In this document: positions 29,715 through 39,367 of the stretch, piece after piece | Position numbering within the stretch: the first letter of the stretch is position 1 | Layout: each line of letters opens with the position of its first letter | Origin: Bdellovibrionota bacterium | GTDB lineage: Bacteria; Bdellovibrionota_C; UBA2361; JBGSMV01 | Direction of reading: 5' to 3' | DNA length: 64,000 nucleotides | Assembly (NCBI GenBank): GCA_044356455.1 | Contig: JBIKWF010000006.1 | Span: 21,018-85,017 of the forward strand | Program-made: the position numbers and the translations under genes | The notes under the pieces: model-generated | Seen by the model: the letters and a program-made list of their open reading frames with translations, nothing else | What the model was told of the DNA's origin: nothing | Databases searched by the model: none

Positions 29715-30419
29715 TTACGGCGTGCAGAGAACTTGACTGCGACCAGAGTGCCCCTCGTGCAGAAAAGGCATTCCGAATACATGCCCTGAGAGCGCGGCTA
29801 AACCAGCGAGAAGAACCAAGGCAGCAGAGATGCGAGGGATTACCGCTCGAACCTGAGCAGAGGCCAGGTGAGCAAAAAGTCCGACAGAGGTAAGAGCCGG
29901 AAGCGATCCAAGCCAAAAAGCAGCCATACTCCCTGCCCCCCACCACATGCTCGAACTTGCTACTGCGACAGCGACAAACCCATATAGCCAGCCACAGGGA
30001 AGCAGCCCAGTGCCAAGCCCAAGAAAAAGAGCACGCCATTCGACAGACTGACGCCCCGACTGCATAAGAAAACGCGAGGGAGCTCCAAGGACTCCATACA
30101 CACGAGGGCCAAAAAGCTGCTTTATTCTGCCTGGTCCGAGAAGCGCAAAGAGTCCCCAAACGGTGAGCAGAGTACCCATGATCATTGGGGCAAGCGCTCG
30201 AACCCCAAGCGGCTCAGCGATTAGATTCACTCGTTCGCCAAGCGCGCCCGCCAAGGCACCAATCACCACATAAGAGAGTAAGCGCCCTAGATGATACGCG
30301 AAATGCGCTCGGTGCGGCTTACTAGTCAGACCGGAATACGCGAGGACCACCCCACCACACATCGCTGCACAGTGCATGCTACCAAGCAGACTCGCTATAA
30401 ATATGGCCATGAAGGACAT
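29715..30419 (-). CDS. DsbD_2/TauE-like membrane protein of cbb3 assembly
   Basis: GSMHCAAMCG, YHLGR, LPCGWLY. Confidence 0.88.
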   Translation of the reverse strand: MSFMAIFIASLLGSMHCAAMCGGVVLAYSGLTSKPHRAHFAYHLGRLLSYVVIGALAGALGERVNLIAEPLGVRALAPMIMGTLLTVWGLFALLGPGRIKQLFGPRVYGVLGAPSRFLMQSGRQSVEWRALFLGLGTGLLPCGWLYGFVAVAVASSSMWWGAGSMAAFWLGSLPALTSVGLFAHLASAQVRAVIPRISAALVLLAGLAALSGHVFGMPFLHEGHSGRSQVLCTP

Positions 30420-30539
30420 GTAGCTGCCTTACGACATGCTCACGAGGAGCACAGAAAGAAGTATTCCTTAGCACGAGGACTTTGCAACCTCTGTTAGTTA
30501 CCGTTATGTTGGCCTCATCGTAATAATTGTTCAACTCTC

Positions 30540-33020
30540 ATGACGTCATCGGTTGCTCTTGCTATCCCTCAAGAAGCCCTTCAAGGCGCCTGCGCACACT
30601 GTGGAGGCCCAGTGTACCTTTCTCTGGAGCAGGAGGGAAAAGCATTTTGCTGCCCAGGCTGCGCAGTTACTTTTCGAACCTTGCACGAACTTGGCCTGGC
30701 CAATTACTACTCGCTGAGAAGTGCTGCGGGCACCCCTGGAAAAAAGGTAGCATCTGCCCAAGTTGACTCCTCTCTCTTTGACTCAAAGTCATTTTGGGAG
30801 GCTCACGTAAGGACTAGCTCCCCCGATCGTTTGAGCGTGCGCCTTCTCCTCGCGGGGGTACACTGCGTAGGCTGCGTCTGGGTGCTTGAGCAGCTTCCTG
30901 CCCTCTGCAAAGGAGTCCTCCGCTCGGAACTCGCCTTCTCCGAAGGTGTTCTTAGTATCGATTTTAGTCCTGCCGAAACGAAACTCTCAGAGGTAGCAGA
31001 GAAACTGCTCCTGCTAGGATACGCCCCCTCTCCCTACAGTGCGGCCGAGCGCCGAGCTCTCGAGGAGCGGGAGCAGCGCGACTTTCTGGTGCGCATTGGA
31101 GTAGCGGGATTCGGCTTCATGAATACGATGCTGATCGCAGTCTCCCTCTACCAAGGTTACTTTTCTGGCATCGATCCCGGAGTCCGAACCTTTCTGCATT
31201 GGGCTTCGCTCATCATCGCCTTCCCTGTCATTCTATTCTCGGCAAAACCGTTCTTTCAGAGCTTTGTCTCTTCGATGGTAGCGCGCCAGCTTCATATGGA
31301 CGTGCCTATCGCGGCTGGGATCACCGTGACCATGCTTTATAGCATGTGGAATACCTTTACTGGCGCCGACCGCGTGTATTTCGACTCCGTGTGCGCGCTC
31401 GTCTTTTTGCTTCTTCTTGGCCGCTATGGACAACAGCAAGCGCTTTTGAAAGCGAGGCAATCTACCGCGAGTAAAGTAGCGTTACTCCCGCTTTCTGCAT
31501 CGGTGCGGCGGGAGGGCAAGGACCTCTCAATTCCTCTCGTCGAAATTCGTAGCACCGATACCGTGCTCATTTCCGCTGGCAGCCGCGTCCCCGTAGATGG
31601 GCTCATCGCCAAAGGAGCCTCTTCTTTCAACACGTCAGTGATGACAGGAGAGCCCTTGCCTCGCTCATTCAAGGAAGGCGAGGAGGTATTTGCGGGTTAT
31701 CTAAACTTAGAATCTCCGATTGAGCTCCGTCCTCTTGAGGGGGATCAAACCTCTCGACTCACCAAACTCCTTGCGATGCTCGACGAAGGCGCGCTCCAAA
31801 AATCTCCTCTCGTAGAAAGTGCGCAGCGCATGCTCGGAAGCTTTGTAGCCGTGTTGTTGGTGCTTGCGGCGGGGACATTCATCTATTGGATCCCGCATGG
31901 ATTCCAGAATGCTTTGGACGCTACTGTCTCACTACTGGTCATATGCTGCCCCTGTGCATTGGCTCTTGCAACGCCGCTTGCTCTTGCGACCGGCGTGCGC
32001 CGCGCCGCTGCGGAAGGGATTCTCATCAGGAAAGCAGAAGTCATAGAGCGAACCGCTCGCGTGAAAACCGTTTATTTTGATAAAACAGGAACTCTCACTC
32101 AAGGTACCTTCACTGTCACTGCGTGTTCATTTTTAGAACATCCAGGAGTTACCAAAGAGAGCGCTCTTCGCATAGCAGCAGAGCTTGCTGAAGTAGGCTC
32201 TGCCCATCCTCTTTCCCGTGCCATCCTCGAGTTTTGTAACAAACAAGCTCCTCAGCCCTCGAAAGCCACGTTTCTCGAAGATATTGCATGGCGCACAGGA
32301 CTGGGCGTTGAGGGCCTGCAACCCGAGCGAGGCAACTGGCGCCTTGGCAGCGTGGCCTTCGCGCTCGCCGCGCCGAAGGACCACTTACACTCGGCCCTAT
32401 CGACGGTTTTCCTGAGCTGTGAGGGCTCGCCAATCCTACGTTTCGAACTAGAAGATGTGATAGCGCCCGCGAGCGCTCCGACCCTTGCACACCTTCGCAG
32501 CAAGGGCATACAGGTACGAATGCTCTCAGGCGATCACTCTGAAACGGTAGCCGCACTCGGCTGCGCGCTTGGATTTTCAAAGAGTGACAGCCTCGGCGAA
32601 TGTTCCCCTGAAGACAAGCAGCGCACGCTTGAAAACGAAGGCACCGGCGCCATGATGGTCGGTGATGGAGTAAATGATGCCACGGCTCTCGCCGCCGCCG
32701 ATGTCGGTGTTGCGGTGCACGGGGACGCGCTGCGATGCTTTGAAAGTGCCGATGTGGCGCTCATTGACCGAGACCTCCGTGCAATCCCAGACCTTCTGGA
32801 GGGAGCGAAGAGAACCGTACGAGTGGTGCGCGAGAACCTCGCGCTTTCACTTGTCTATAATGTAGTCGGTGCCGTTGCCGCAATTGCAGGCAAGGTGGAT
32901 CCGCTCGTTGCCGCGCTTCTTATGCCGCTCTCTTCTTTAACCGTGCTTGCCAATTCGCAGTTTTCACGTACCTTTCGACCCGCCGAAGAGAAACCGCTCG
33001 CGAGAGCTCAGAAAGAGTAG
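30540..33020 (+). CDS. ccoI: Copper-translocating P1B ATPase CcoI/FixI
   Basis: CAHC...FCCPGC, CVGC HMA domain, TGEP, CPC, DKTGT, GDGVND, YN. Confidence 0.94.
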   Translation: MTSSVALAIPQEALQGACAHCGGPVYLSLEQEGKAFCCPGCAVTFRTLHELGLANYYSLRSAAGTPGKKVASAQVDSSLFDSKSFWEAHVRTSSPDRLSVRLLLAGVHCVGCVWVLEQLPALCKGVLRSELAFSEGVLSIDFSPAETKLSEVAEKLLLLGYAPSPYSAAERRALEEREQRDFLVRIGVAGFGFMNTMLIAVSLYQGYFSGIDPGVRTFLHWASLIIAFPVILFSAKPFFQSFVSSMVARQLHMDVPIAAGITVTMLYSMWNTFTGADRVYFDSVCALVFLLLLGRYGQQQALLKARQSTASKVALLPLSASVRREGKDLSIPLVEIRSTDTVLISAGSRVPVDGLIAKGASSFNTSVMTGEPLPRSFKEGEEVFAGYLNLESPIELRPLEGDQTSRLTKLLAMLDEGALQKSPLVESAQRMLGSFVAVLLVLAAGTFIYWIPHGFQNALDATVSLLVICCPCALALATPLALATGVRRAAAEGILIRKAEVIERTARVKTVYFDKTGTLTQGTFTVTACSFLEHPGVTKESALRIAAELAEVGSAHPLSRAILEFCNKQAPQPSKATFLEDIAWRTGLGVEGLQPERGNWRLGSVAFALAAPKDHLHSALSTVFLSCEGSPILRFELEDVIAPASAPTLAHLRSKGIQVRMLSGDHSETVAALGCALGFSKSDSLGECSPEDKQRTLENEGTGAMMVGDGVNDATALAAADVGVAVHGDALRCFESADVALIDRDLRAIPDLLEGAKRTVRVVRENLALSLVYNVVGAVAAIAGKVDPLVAALLMPLSSLTVLANSQFSRTFRPAEEKPLARAQKE

Positions 33021-33022
33021 TT

Positions 33023-33226
33023 ATGGGAATTATTATTGTTCTCTTGCCACTTTCCGTGCTGCTGGGTTTCACCGGACTCATGGCCTACCTTTGGTCAGTT
33101 CGCTCAGGGCAGTTTAAGGATCTCGACACGCCGGCAATGCGCATTTTGCTCGATGGGGAAAAGCAAGCCTCTGGACAAATCGAAGAGACTTCTCAGAAGG
33201 CGAAGACCGATACGCATGCCCAATGA
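33023..33226 (+). CDS. ccoS: cbb3 oxidase assembly protein CcoS
   Basis: TM segment then WSVRSGQFKDLDTPAMRIL. Confidence 0.93.
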   Translation: MGIIIVLLPLSVLLGFTGLMAYLWSVRSGQFKDLDTPAMRILLDGEKQASGQIEETSQKAKTDTHAQ

Positions 33227-33300
33227 ATGTGCCCCCAACGGGGAACTTACCTTTGAGAAGCTCCCCTCCACGTCCTTCCTATAAAACTACACTATAGGTC

Positions 33301-33423
33301 CTAACCGTCATGTCTCACAGGATCCCTGACGGGTCCGTGAGACTGCGTTGGAAATCCGCCTTCCAGGCGTTAGTTAGCCGCGATTGCTCACTGCCCGTAT
33401 GGGCTGTGAGCAATCGCGGCTAA
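33301..33423. repeat. Two adjacent palindromic elements of the YTAR-CCGnnATnnCTCAC...GTGAG family
   Basis: 33301-33360 closely matches 49943-50000; 33374-33423 has an 18-bp perfect stem TTAGCCGCGATTGCTCAC/GTGAGCAATCGCGGCTAA. Confidence 0.75.
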
Positions 33424-33463
33424 AAGCTTTTGGTAGAGTTCGGAAGGGAGGTGCTCCCTTTCC

Positions 33464-34897
33464 ATGTTTTCTGTGCCATGCCAGAAAGCACGTATGCCTA
33501 CGAAAAAAAATCTCTCCTTCCTAAGTCGATTGCTTTTTGGATTCTCGCTCCCCGTGAATCAAGGCACCTACGTGGTAAGTGGATTCGCTCTCATGGCCCT
33601 CAAATTTAGCGTGGAATGGCTAGTCGCGAATCTCTACTTCTCTAAGCCCTTTCCGCTTCAGGCATTTTTATTGCCGGCATTCTCAGTAAAGGAACACTAT
33701 CTCGGTGCCGCTTCAACCTCTTTTCTCTTCTTTCAGATTCTCTGGAGCCTGCCCTTCATGTGGATTGGGGTCAGCATGTCTGTCCGGAGAGCGGTAGACG
33801 CCGGGCAATCAGCACTAGGGGGACTGCTTTTTCTCTGCCCAGGATTAAATTACCTAATAATCCTTCTCTACTCGCTTTTGCCCTCCTCGTCGTCAGAGCT
33901 CTCCCAGGGCTATCAGCATACAGGAAGAACAAATGTGGAGCTCTCACCTCATGGAAAAGCGAGATTACTGGCGATGCTCACCGCAATTGTCGCGGGTGGG
34001 ATCATCTGCCTCCCCGTCGTGTTTCTCAGCACCAGCCCCCAATCTGCCTACTCAAGCGCTCTCTTTCTTGGACTACCGACCATTATGGGAAGCGTTGCGT
34101 CTTGGATGTGGAACCGGGACTACAAGCGCAGTATGGGAAGCTCGACCTCTGTAGCGGTGAGCGCGGTGCTTCTTGGCAGTGCCTTCGTCTTGCTCTTCGC
34201 CATCGAAGGATTGTTATGCATGATCATGGCTGCGCCTTTTGCGGCTATAGGCGCCGTGCTCGGAGCACCACTTGGACGTTACCTTGCCCAGACGATGCGC
34301 TCCCGAGATGGCGTCGCGATAAGGTGTTGCGGAGTCGTGGCGCTCCTTCTCGTTGCAAGCCCGCTTGAGAAACAGCTCGCCGAGTCTACGGCTCTCCGAG
34401 AAGTTACTACTGAGATAGTAGTATCTGCCCCGCCCTCTGCGGTTTGGAAGCACGTGGTGGAATTTTCCGAAATTGCGCCGCCTACGCAACTTCTATTTCG
34501 AAGTGGCATTGCCTACCCGATTCGCGCGCGCATTGATGGTACTGGTGTTGGAGCAATTCGCCATTGTGAGTTTTCGACCGGCGCATTTGTGGAGCCCATT
34601 ACGGTTTGGGAGCCCCCTTACAAACTTGGATTTTCTGTGACCTCTCAGCCACCAACCATGACTGAGCTATCGCTCTACCGAAACCTTGAGCCCCGGCACC
34701 TTCGTGAAACCTTCGTGAGCCATCGAGGCCAGTTTGAATTAATTCCTATCGAGAATGGCACGCGTACCCTGCTTAAAGGCACCACGTGGTACAGCTTAGC
34801 CATGTCACCACAGGCATACTGGATACTTTGGACAGATTTTTTCATTCATGAGATTCATGGAAGGGTCCTTGAGCACATCAAGCTCTCAGCCGAATAG
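33464..34897 (+). CDS. Membrane protein (DUF805-like N-terminus) with SRPBCC/START-like C-terminal domain
   Basis: SVRRAVDAG, EGLLCMIMAAP, GVGAIRHCEFSTGAFVEPITVW, HEIHGRVLEHIK. Confidence 0.82.
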   Translation: MFSVPCQKARMPTKKNLSFLSRLLFGFSLPVNQGTYVVSGFALMALKFSVEWLVANLYFSKPFPLQAFLLPAFSVKEHYLGAASTSFLFFQILWSLPFMWIGVSMSVRRAVDAGQSALGGLLFLCPGLNYLIILLYSLLPSSSSELSQGYQHTGRTNVELSPHGKARLLAMLTAIVAGGIICLPVVFLSTSPQSAYSSALFLGLPTIMGSVASWMWNRDYKRSMGSSTSVAVSAVLLGSAFVLLFAIEGLLCMIMAAPFAAIGAVLGAPLGRYLAQTMRSRDGVAIRCCGVVALLLVASPLEKQLAESTALREVTTEIVVSAPPSAVWKHVVEFSEIAPPTQLLFRSGIAYPIRARIDGTGVGAIRHCEFSTGAFVEPITVWEPPYKLGFSVTSQPPTMTELSLYRNLEPRHLRETFVSHRGQFELIPIENGTRTLLKGTTWYSLAMSPQAYWILWTDFFIHEIHGRVLEHIKLSAE

Positions 34898-34909
34898 CCT
34901 TAAATTCTC

Positions 34910-35320
34910 TCAAAGTAGCAACTTTTCCCGCAAGAACTCCGCCAGCTCTCGCTCCTTGGGATTAAGATATCCATCTGCTTGGGCGACCTTGAGGATCATA
35001 TCAAAGAGATGCTCTTTCTGGGCGGTATCAAAATGTCGATTTACCTCCCCGATAAATCGATCAAGGTGCTTACCCTCGTGAGCTAAGAAGGCTCCTACCT
35101 CTGAGAGTTCCGCGGTCTCTTCGTCAATCGCATGAAACTCGATATCGAGTTCTCTAATAATCTCTTCAAATTCGAAGTGATTGATCGCCCCGTCAGCTTC
35201 TGCCATCTGATAGAGCAAAACTGCGACGCAAGTTTTTAGGCGCTTATCAGACGGCACTCCATGAAAATCAACTTCAAGAAACGTTTTGGCCGTCGCTAGA
35301 TCTCGGTATCGACTATACAT
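34910..35320 (-). CDS. TerB-family protein
   Basis: AEADGAINHFE and AQADGYLNPKE motifs. Confidence 0.82.
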   Translation of the reverse strand: MYSRYRDLATAKTFLEVDFHGVPSDKRLKTCVAVLLYQMAEADGAINHFEFEEIIRELDIEFHAIDEETAELSEVGAFLAHEGKHLDRFIGEVNRHFDTAQKEHLFDMILKVAQADGYLNPKERELAEFLREKLLL

Positions 35321-36137
35321 AGAAAGCTCCAATGGACTCGCCCACCCGTACTACCGAAGATGCGGTTACGCACAGCGCTAATTGTAGCGCTGCAAATTGG
35401 AAACCTATAGCAATTTCTAAGAGCCCTACGGGTCGGTATTCAGATCTTATAGTTGAACTTACCGTTCTTGATTGATTGTACCTCTGCTACCGAGAGAAAG
35501 TATCAAACGACTTGCGACAAGTGCGAGAGAGGTCCTTATGGTGCTCGAATAAGCACGCAAGGGAAAATGTATTAGGGCCTGATGAGGAACGTTAGCTTAC
35601 GCCTCAAGCTTAGTGAGCTCCCCGCGAATGAAAGGAGCTAGAGTCCCGTAGAGCAAATTCACTACGCACTCCTTCCAAGATAAGAATTCAGACTATGAAG
35701 TACCCGATAGCTCTGCCAGGCGAGCCACGACGAAGAATGACGACGTGCTAGCCCTCTAGGCAGGGTGTGGGTCGCCTCACCTCAGGGGAGAAGACACGAG
35801 GCATCGGCAGGTCCAAAAGGATCTCTGAGCCATACCGAGAGGCTCCAAACTGTACTCAGCTAAACAAATCGAGCCTCCCACCGACTTAGACACTGGGCAC
35901 AGGCAAAGCCAGCAAAAAAACAAACACCGTACCAAACCTACCCTCCTGCTATTTTCCTCTCACCCAAATAGAGCTACCGTTCATGCGCACTCACTGCAAT
36001 CTAGGAGTCTGCCCATTATCACCAACGCAAATTTTGGTGGAGATTACCTTGGGGCAGATATCTAACGCCCATCCTGCACCTTGGTGTGGCGGGCAGCAGC
36101 GAATGTATAGCTAAGAGCGATGACCGAGGAGACACTC

Positions 36138-36923
36138 ATGAGCAAAACCAATTCCCGCATTCTGAAGCATCAAGCTCCAGCCTGCGAGGACGCGGGACAA
36201 GTTAAACTTGGGCGACGTGAGTTTATTGGTTCCTCCGCAGCACTCATAGCACTCGCAACAACTTTATCACCTTTTAATGAGGCAACTATTTGTATGGCAA
36301 ACGCAGCACCTTTTACTCTTCCAGCTCTTCCCTACGCACCAGAAGCACTGGAGCCAACAATTGATACAGAGACCATGAAAATTCATCATGGCAAACACCA
36401 CCAGGCGTATGTTGATAAGCTAAACGAACAAGCCGCTAAACTCCCCGAGCTCGGCGATATGCCCCTTGAGCGTATGATGGCTCAAATTTCTAAGTATCCC
36501 GCTCCCGTGCGTAATAATGGTGGCGGCCATTTCAACCACTCCCTTTTTTGGAATCTGATGGCACCCGCAGGGAAAGGGGGCGCCCCTTCTAAGGCCCTCA
36601 GCGACAAGATTACGAGTGATCTAGGCGGCGTTGATGCGATGAAAGAAGCGCTAAACAATGCAGCCATCGCGCGGTTTGGATCGGGCTGGGGCTGGCTCAT
36701 CGTTACCGCTGACAAGAAGCTTGCAATCACGTCAACTCCGAATCAAGACAATCCCCTTATGGACGTAGCTGAGACAAAGGGTACGCCTATTATCGGAATC
36801 GATGTATGGGAACACGCCTACTACCTCAAATACCAGAACAAGCGCGCGGACTACCTAAAGAGTTGGTGGGCGGTCGCGAATTGGAACGAGATTAATCAGC
36901 GTTTCGAGCAAGCATCAAAGTAA
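36138..36923 (+). CDS. sodA: Superoxide dismutase, Mn-type signature, with Tat signal
   Basis: HHGKHH, NGGGHFNH, PNQDNP, DVWEHAYY; GRREFI twin-arginine leader. Confidence 0.93.
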   Translation: MSKTNSRILKHQAPACEDAGQVKLGRREFIGSSAALIALATTLSPFNEATICMANAAPFTLPALPYAPEALEPTIDTETMKIHHGKHHQAYVDKLNEQAAKLPELGDMPLERMMAQISKYPAPVRNNGGGHFNHSLFWNLMAPAGKGGAPSKALSDKITSDLGGVDAMKEALNNAAIARFGSGWGWLIVTADKKLAITSTPNQDNPLMDVAETKGTPIIGIDVWEHAYYLKYQNKRADYLKSWWAVANWNEINQRFEQASK

Positions 36924-36947
36924 TATTAGTTGGTTTTGTTCAAGAGA

Positions 36948-36991
36948 GAGGGGCTGCAACAGGAGGCTGTTGCAGCCCCTCGTTTTGTTTT
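36948..36991 (+). terminator. Rho-independent terminator of sodA
   Basis: 15-bp stem GAGGGGCTGCAACAG/CTGTTGCAGCCCCTC then GTTTTGTTTT. Confidence 0.85.
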
Positions 36992-37049
36992 GAAGTAGCG
37001 CTCTTCACGTTAAGGAAGAGAGAAAGGTACGCGGGGTCGAAAGATCACA

Positions 37050-37230
37050 CGGCGCTTTGAGGACGGCGCGCCCCACCGAGTGGTGTGGCATCTCGGTAGG
37101 GCGCCGCGTCCTCGCGGTGCCGCAAGATCTCTCGCCCCGGCACGTGACAGGTATTTTTTCCACCTCGCTGATTGCCTAATCGCGACTCCATCATAGACGC
37201 CCCGTGAAATTTGATTCGGCACACCCTACC
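37050..37230. repeat. Cluster of GTAG/GTGG REP-like palindromes
   Basis: Reverse copy 37050-37077, forward copy 37095-37122, remnant ending CCCTACC at 37230. Confidence 0.75.
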
Positions 37231-37233
37231 TAG

Positions 37234-37361
37234 GGAATCTCTGAACAAGTCCGCTCAGTGAGCTCTGTGTCCTCTGTGGTTGATTTAAATTGTTGAAAAA
37301 CCACAGAGGACACAGAGCTCACTGAGAGAAAAAATAAAATAGCGATGTTTTTAGAGGTTAC
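37234..37361. mobile_element. MITE, 128 bp, CTAG target duplication
   Basis: CTAG|GGAATCTCTGAACAA...TTTTTAGAGGTTAC|CTAG; perfect inner arms CTCAGTGAGCTCTGTGTCCTCTGTGGTT/AACCACAGAGGACACAGAGCTCACTGAG. Confidence 0.85.
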
Positions 37362-37366
37362 CTAGA

Positions 37367-38296
37367 CTAATCCTCTCCTTCCGACAGCAAATCAGCACCC
37401 AAAGCCGCATAAGCAATTACCAAAAGGTCTGCCACCAGAAGGTGCAAAAGCTTGATCAGCACGGGCCCGCCGACCAAAAGAGTTATGAGGCCAAGAGCCA
37501 GCTGCCCAAACACAATATTACGCACTAACCGCGCCCGCCGGGCGAGCGACGCGCCCGCATAGTTACTCATAACGAGATTTGTAAGCCAATAAAGATATGA
37601 CGCGGCAATGAGGGATAGCATGGGGTGAAAAATGCGCAGCCTAATGAGAAGTGGCGACTCACGCGAGAAATCTGCCTCAAGACCCGCAAGAAGCGACTCC
37701 GTAGGATGGAGCATATTCGCCAAGGCGGCGACGACCCCTAGCATTCCAGATACCGCAAGAAGGACAAATCCCAACGCAAGCAACCCCCTCCACGCTCCGA
37801 CTCGAGACAAGGAAAGATTTCGCTCGCGCGCAGCAAAAAAAACGGTGCACGCTTGCGCAGAGAGTAGCAGGAACGTATTGACCAAATGCGCGCCTAGAGA
37901 AACCACGCGGGCATAAGAGGTGCTCTGGTCTACCCAGCCGTAGAGGACAAGAATCGCCCCTAAAAGCGCCTCCGTGATCATCAAAACGAACGCGGCAAAC
38001 GCGCAACTCCTCGCCAGATGACCTGGAGCGAATATTCTCCTTGCAAAAAATACGACCAACGCTGACAGAAGAAAGACGACGCCTGACGTTAAGCGGTGGA
38101 GAAACTCAATAACAATCTCCATTCCGACGAACTGAGGAACGAGAACTCCCTTACATAAGGGCCAACTCTCTCCGCAGCCATCTCCCGAACCGCTAAGCCG
38201 AGTAAACGCGCCCCAAAGCACGACCAGCACAGTGAGACGCACGGTCCAGACTGCAAGTGAAACAAACTGTGTCTTTGAAAGAGAGGGCTTATTCAC
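37367..38296 (-). CDS. ctaA: Heme A synthase (CtaA/COX15 family)
   Basis: GDGCGESWPLC, EFLHR, further conserved His in TM helices, about 8 TM. Confidence 0.88.
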   Translation of the reverse strand: MNKPSLSKTQFVSLAVWTVRLTVLVVLWGAFTRLSGSGDGCGESWPLCKGVLVPQFVGMEIVIEFLHRLTSGVVFLLSALVVFFARRIFAPGHLARSCAFAAFVLMITEALLGAILVLYGWVDQSTSYARVVSLGAHLVNTFLLLSAQACTVFFAARERNLSLSRVGAWRGLLALGFVLLAVSGMLGVVAALANMLHPTESLLAGLEADFSRESPLLIRLRIFHPMLSLIAASYLYWLTNLVMSNYAGASLARRARLVRNIVFGQLALGLITLLVGGPVLIKLLHLLVADLLVIAYAALGADLLSEGED

Positions 38297-38359
38297 CAGA
38301 GAAGTGTAGCCCTAAGCGTGGTTTAGAATCCAGATCTCACGCTCCTGGGCACCGCCTAT

Positions 38360-38455
38360 GAAACTCACTTCTGTGCGCCTCAGAGTCCTCCGAGGTGAAT
38401 TTCTTCATGAAAATTTCACCTCGGAGAACACGGAGGTCAGTTTTTCAGAGTCTCC
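38360..38455. mobile_element. Truncated MITE copy
   Basis: Inner palindrome and right TIR TTTTTCAGAGTCTCC|TTAG present; left TIR missing. Confidence 0.75.
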
Positions 38456-39190
38456 TTAGGAAGCCTTGCTCTCCTCTAGAGAGCTTACCAAGGATCCTGT
38501 GGGGTAGGCGCCTGGCTTTTCAGTAGGCTTCTCAACGGCCCCCTCATTCCCCTGTTGGCTCGAACGCTTGAAGGCTTCGTTCAATAATTTCAAATCACTC
38601 TCATCCACTATCCCGTTCTTATCGAGATCTCCGGCGCTATCATCTGTTCCAAACTTACCAAGCAGAATCGCTAAATCAGCTCCATCAACGCCCGAGTTGC
38701 CGTCGAGATCTCCAAAGGTCCCCTTCTTCTCTTCGGGAACTCCAGGAGCATTCTTCTCTGTTGAACGTTTAAAGGCTTCGTTTAGAAGCTTCAGATCGCT
38801 CTCGTCTACCTTTCCGTTCTTATCAAGATCGCCTGCGCTATCTTCGGTTCCGAATTTCCCCAGAAGAATTCCAAGGTCGGCGCCATCAACTGTTGAATTT
38901 CCGTCCAAGTCTCCGAAGACCCCCTCTCTCTCTTTTGTGACTTCTGGCTTGCTGGAATTGCCACCGCTCACTCCAAGAGTAGGATCTTGCTCGCTTACAA
39001 GTCGCCTGCGGCGGTCATAGGTAGGTTTCGCTTCTTCGCTAAGGCGAATTCTTACAGGGTCTGATTTGGTTTCAGCTTCTGACCCAATCTTTGACTCGAG
39101 CCGCTTTGAAATACCCTCCGAAGTGAGCTTTGCCTCGGTAGTACGCTCTCGCAGACGCGCAAATGGTGAATTGCTGAGTTCTATTTTCAT
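38456..39190 (-). CDS. Protein with two tandem dockerin-like (Ca-binding loop) modules and no signal peptide
   Basis: 2x FGDLDGNSxVDGADLxILLGKFGTxDSAGDLDKNGxVDESDLKLLNEAFKRS; start MKIEL behind GGGAGG. Confidence 0.85.
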   Translation of the reverse strand: MKIELSNSPFARLRERTTEAKLTSEGISKRLESKIGSEAETKSDPVRIRLSEEAKPTYDRRRRLVSEQDPTLGVSGGNSSKPEVTKEREGVFGDLDGNSTVDGADLGILLGKFGTEDSAGDLDKNGKVDESDLKLLNEAFKRSTEKNAPGVPEEKKGTFGDLDGNSGVDGADLAILLGKFGTDDSAGDLDKNGIVDESDLKLLNEAFKRSSQQGNEGAVEKPTEKPGAYPTGSLVSSLEESKAS

Positions 39191-39268
39191 TCGGGTTCCC
39201 TCCCAAAGTAGTTTATTCCGTGAGATAGCCTCCGGTGGGCGACGGCGGCAGCGCTCCTTGCAAATGTG

Positions 39269-39295
39269 GTAACGACACATTTTAGATGACCTTGA
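39269..39295 (-). promoter_or_regulatory. Candidate sigma28 promoter
   Basis: TCAAG-N14-GTCGTTAC on the minus strand, about 80 bp before the start. Confidence 0.4.
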
Positions 39296-39367
39296 GACCT
39301 CTTTGGGCTCACCAAAGCAAGTGACTCAATTTACTGACCTTTTTTATTGAGAGGACGGGTGGGGATT

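Noticed and set aside
35579..35650. Hammerhead ribozyme core CTGATGAG
   Set aside because: No stem II closing onto a GAAA; the nearby GAAA lies in the loop of an unrelated hairpin
38560..38930. Two similar DNA segments as a DGR template/variable pair
   Set aside because: In-frame domain duplication with mostly synonymous differences; no reverse transcriptase in the window
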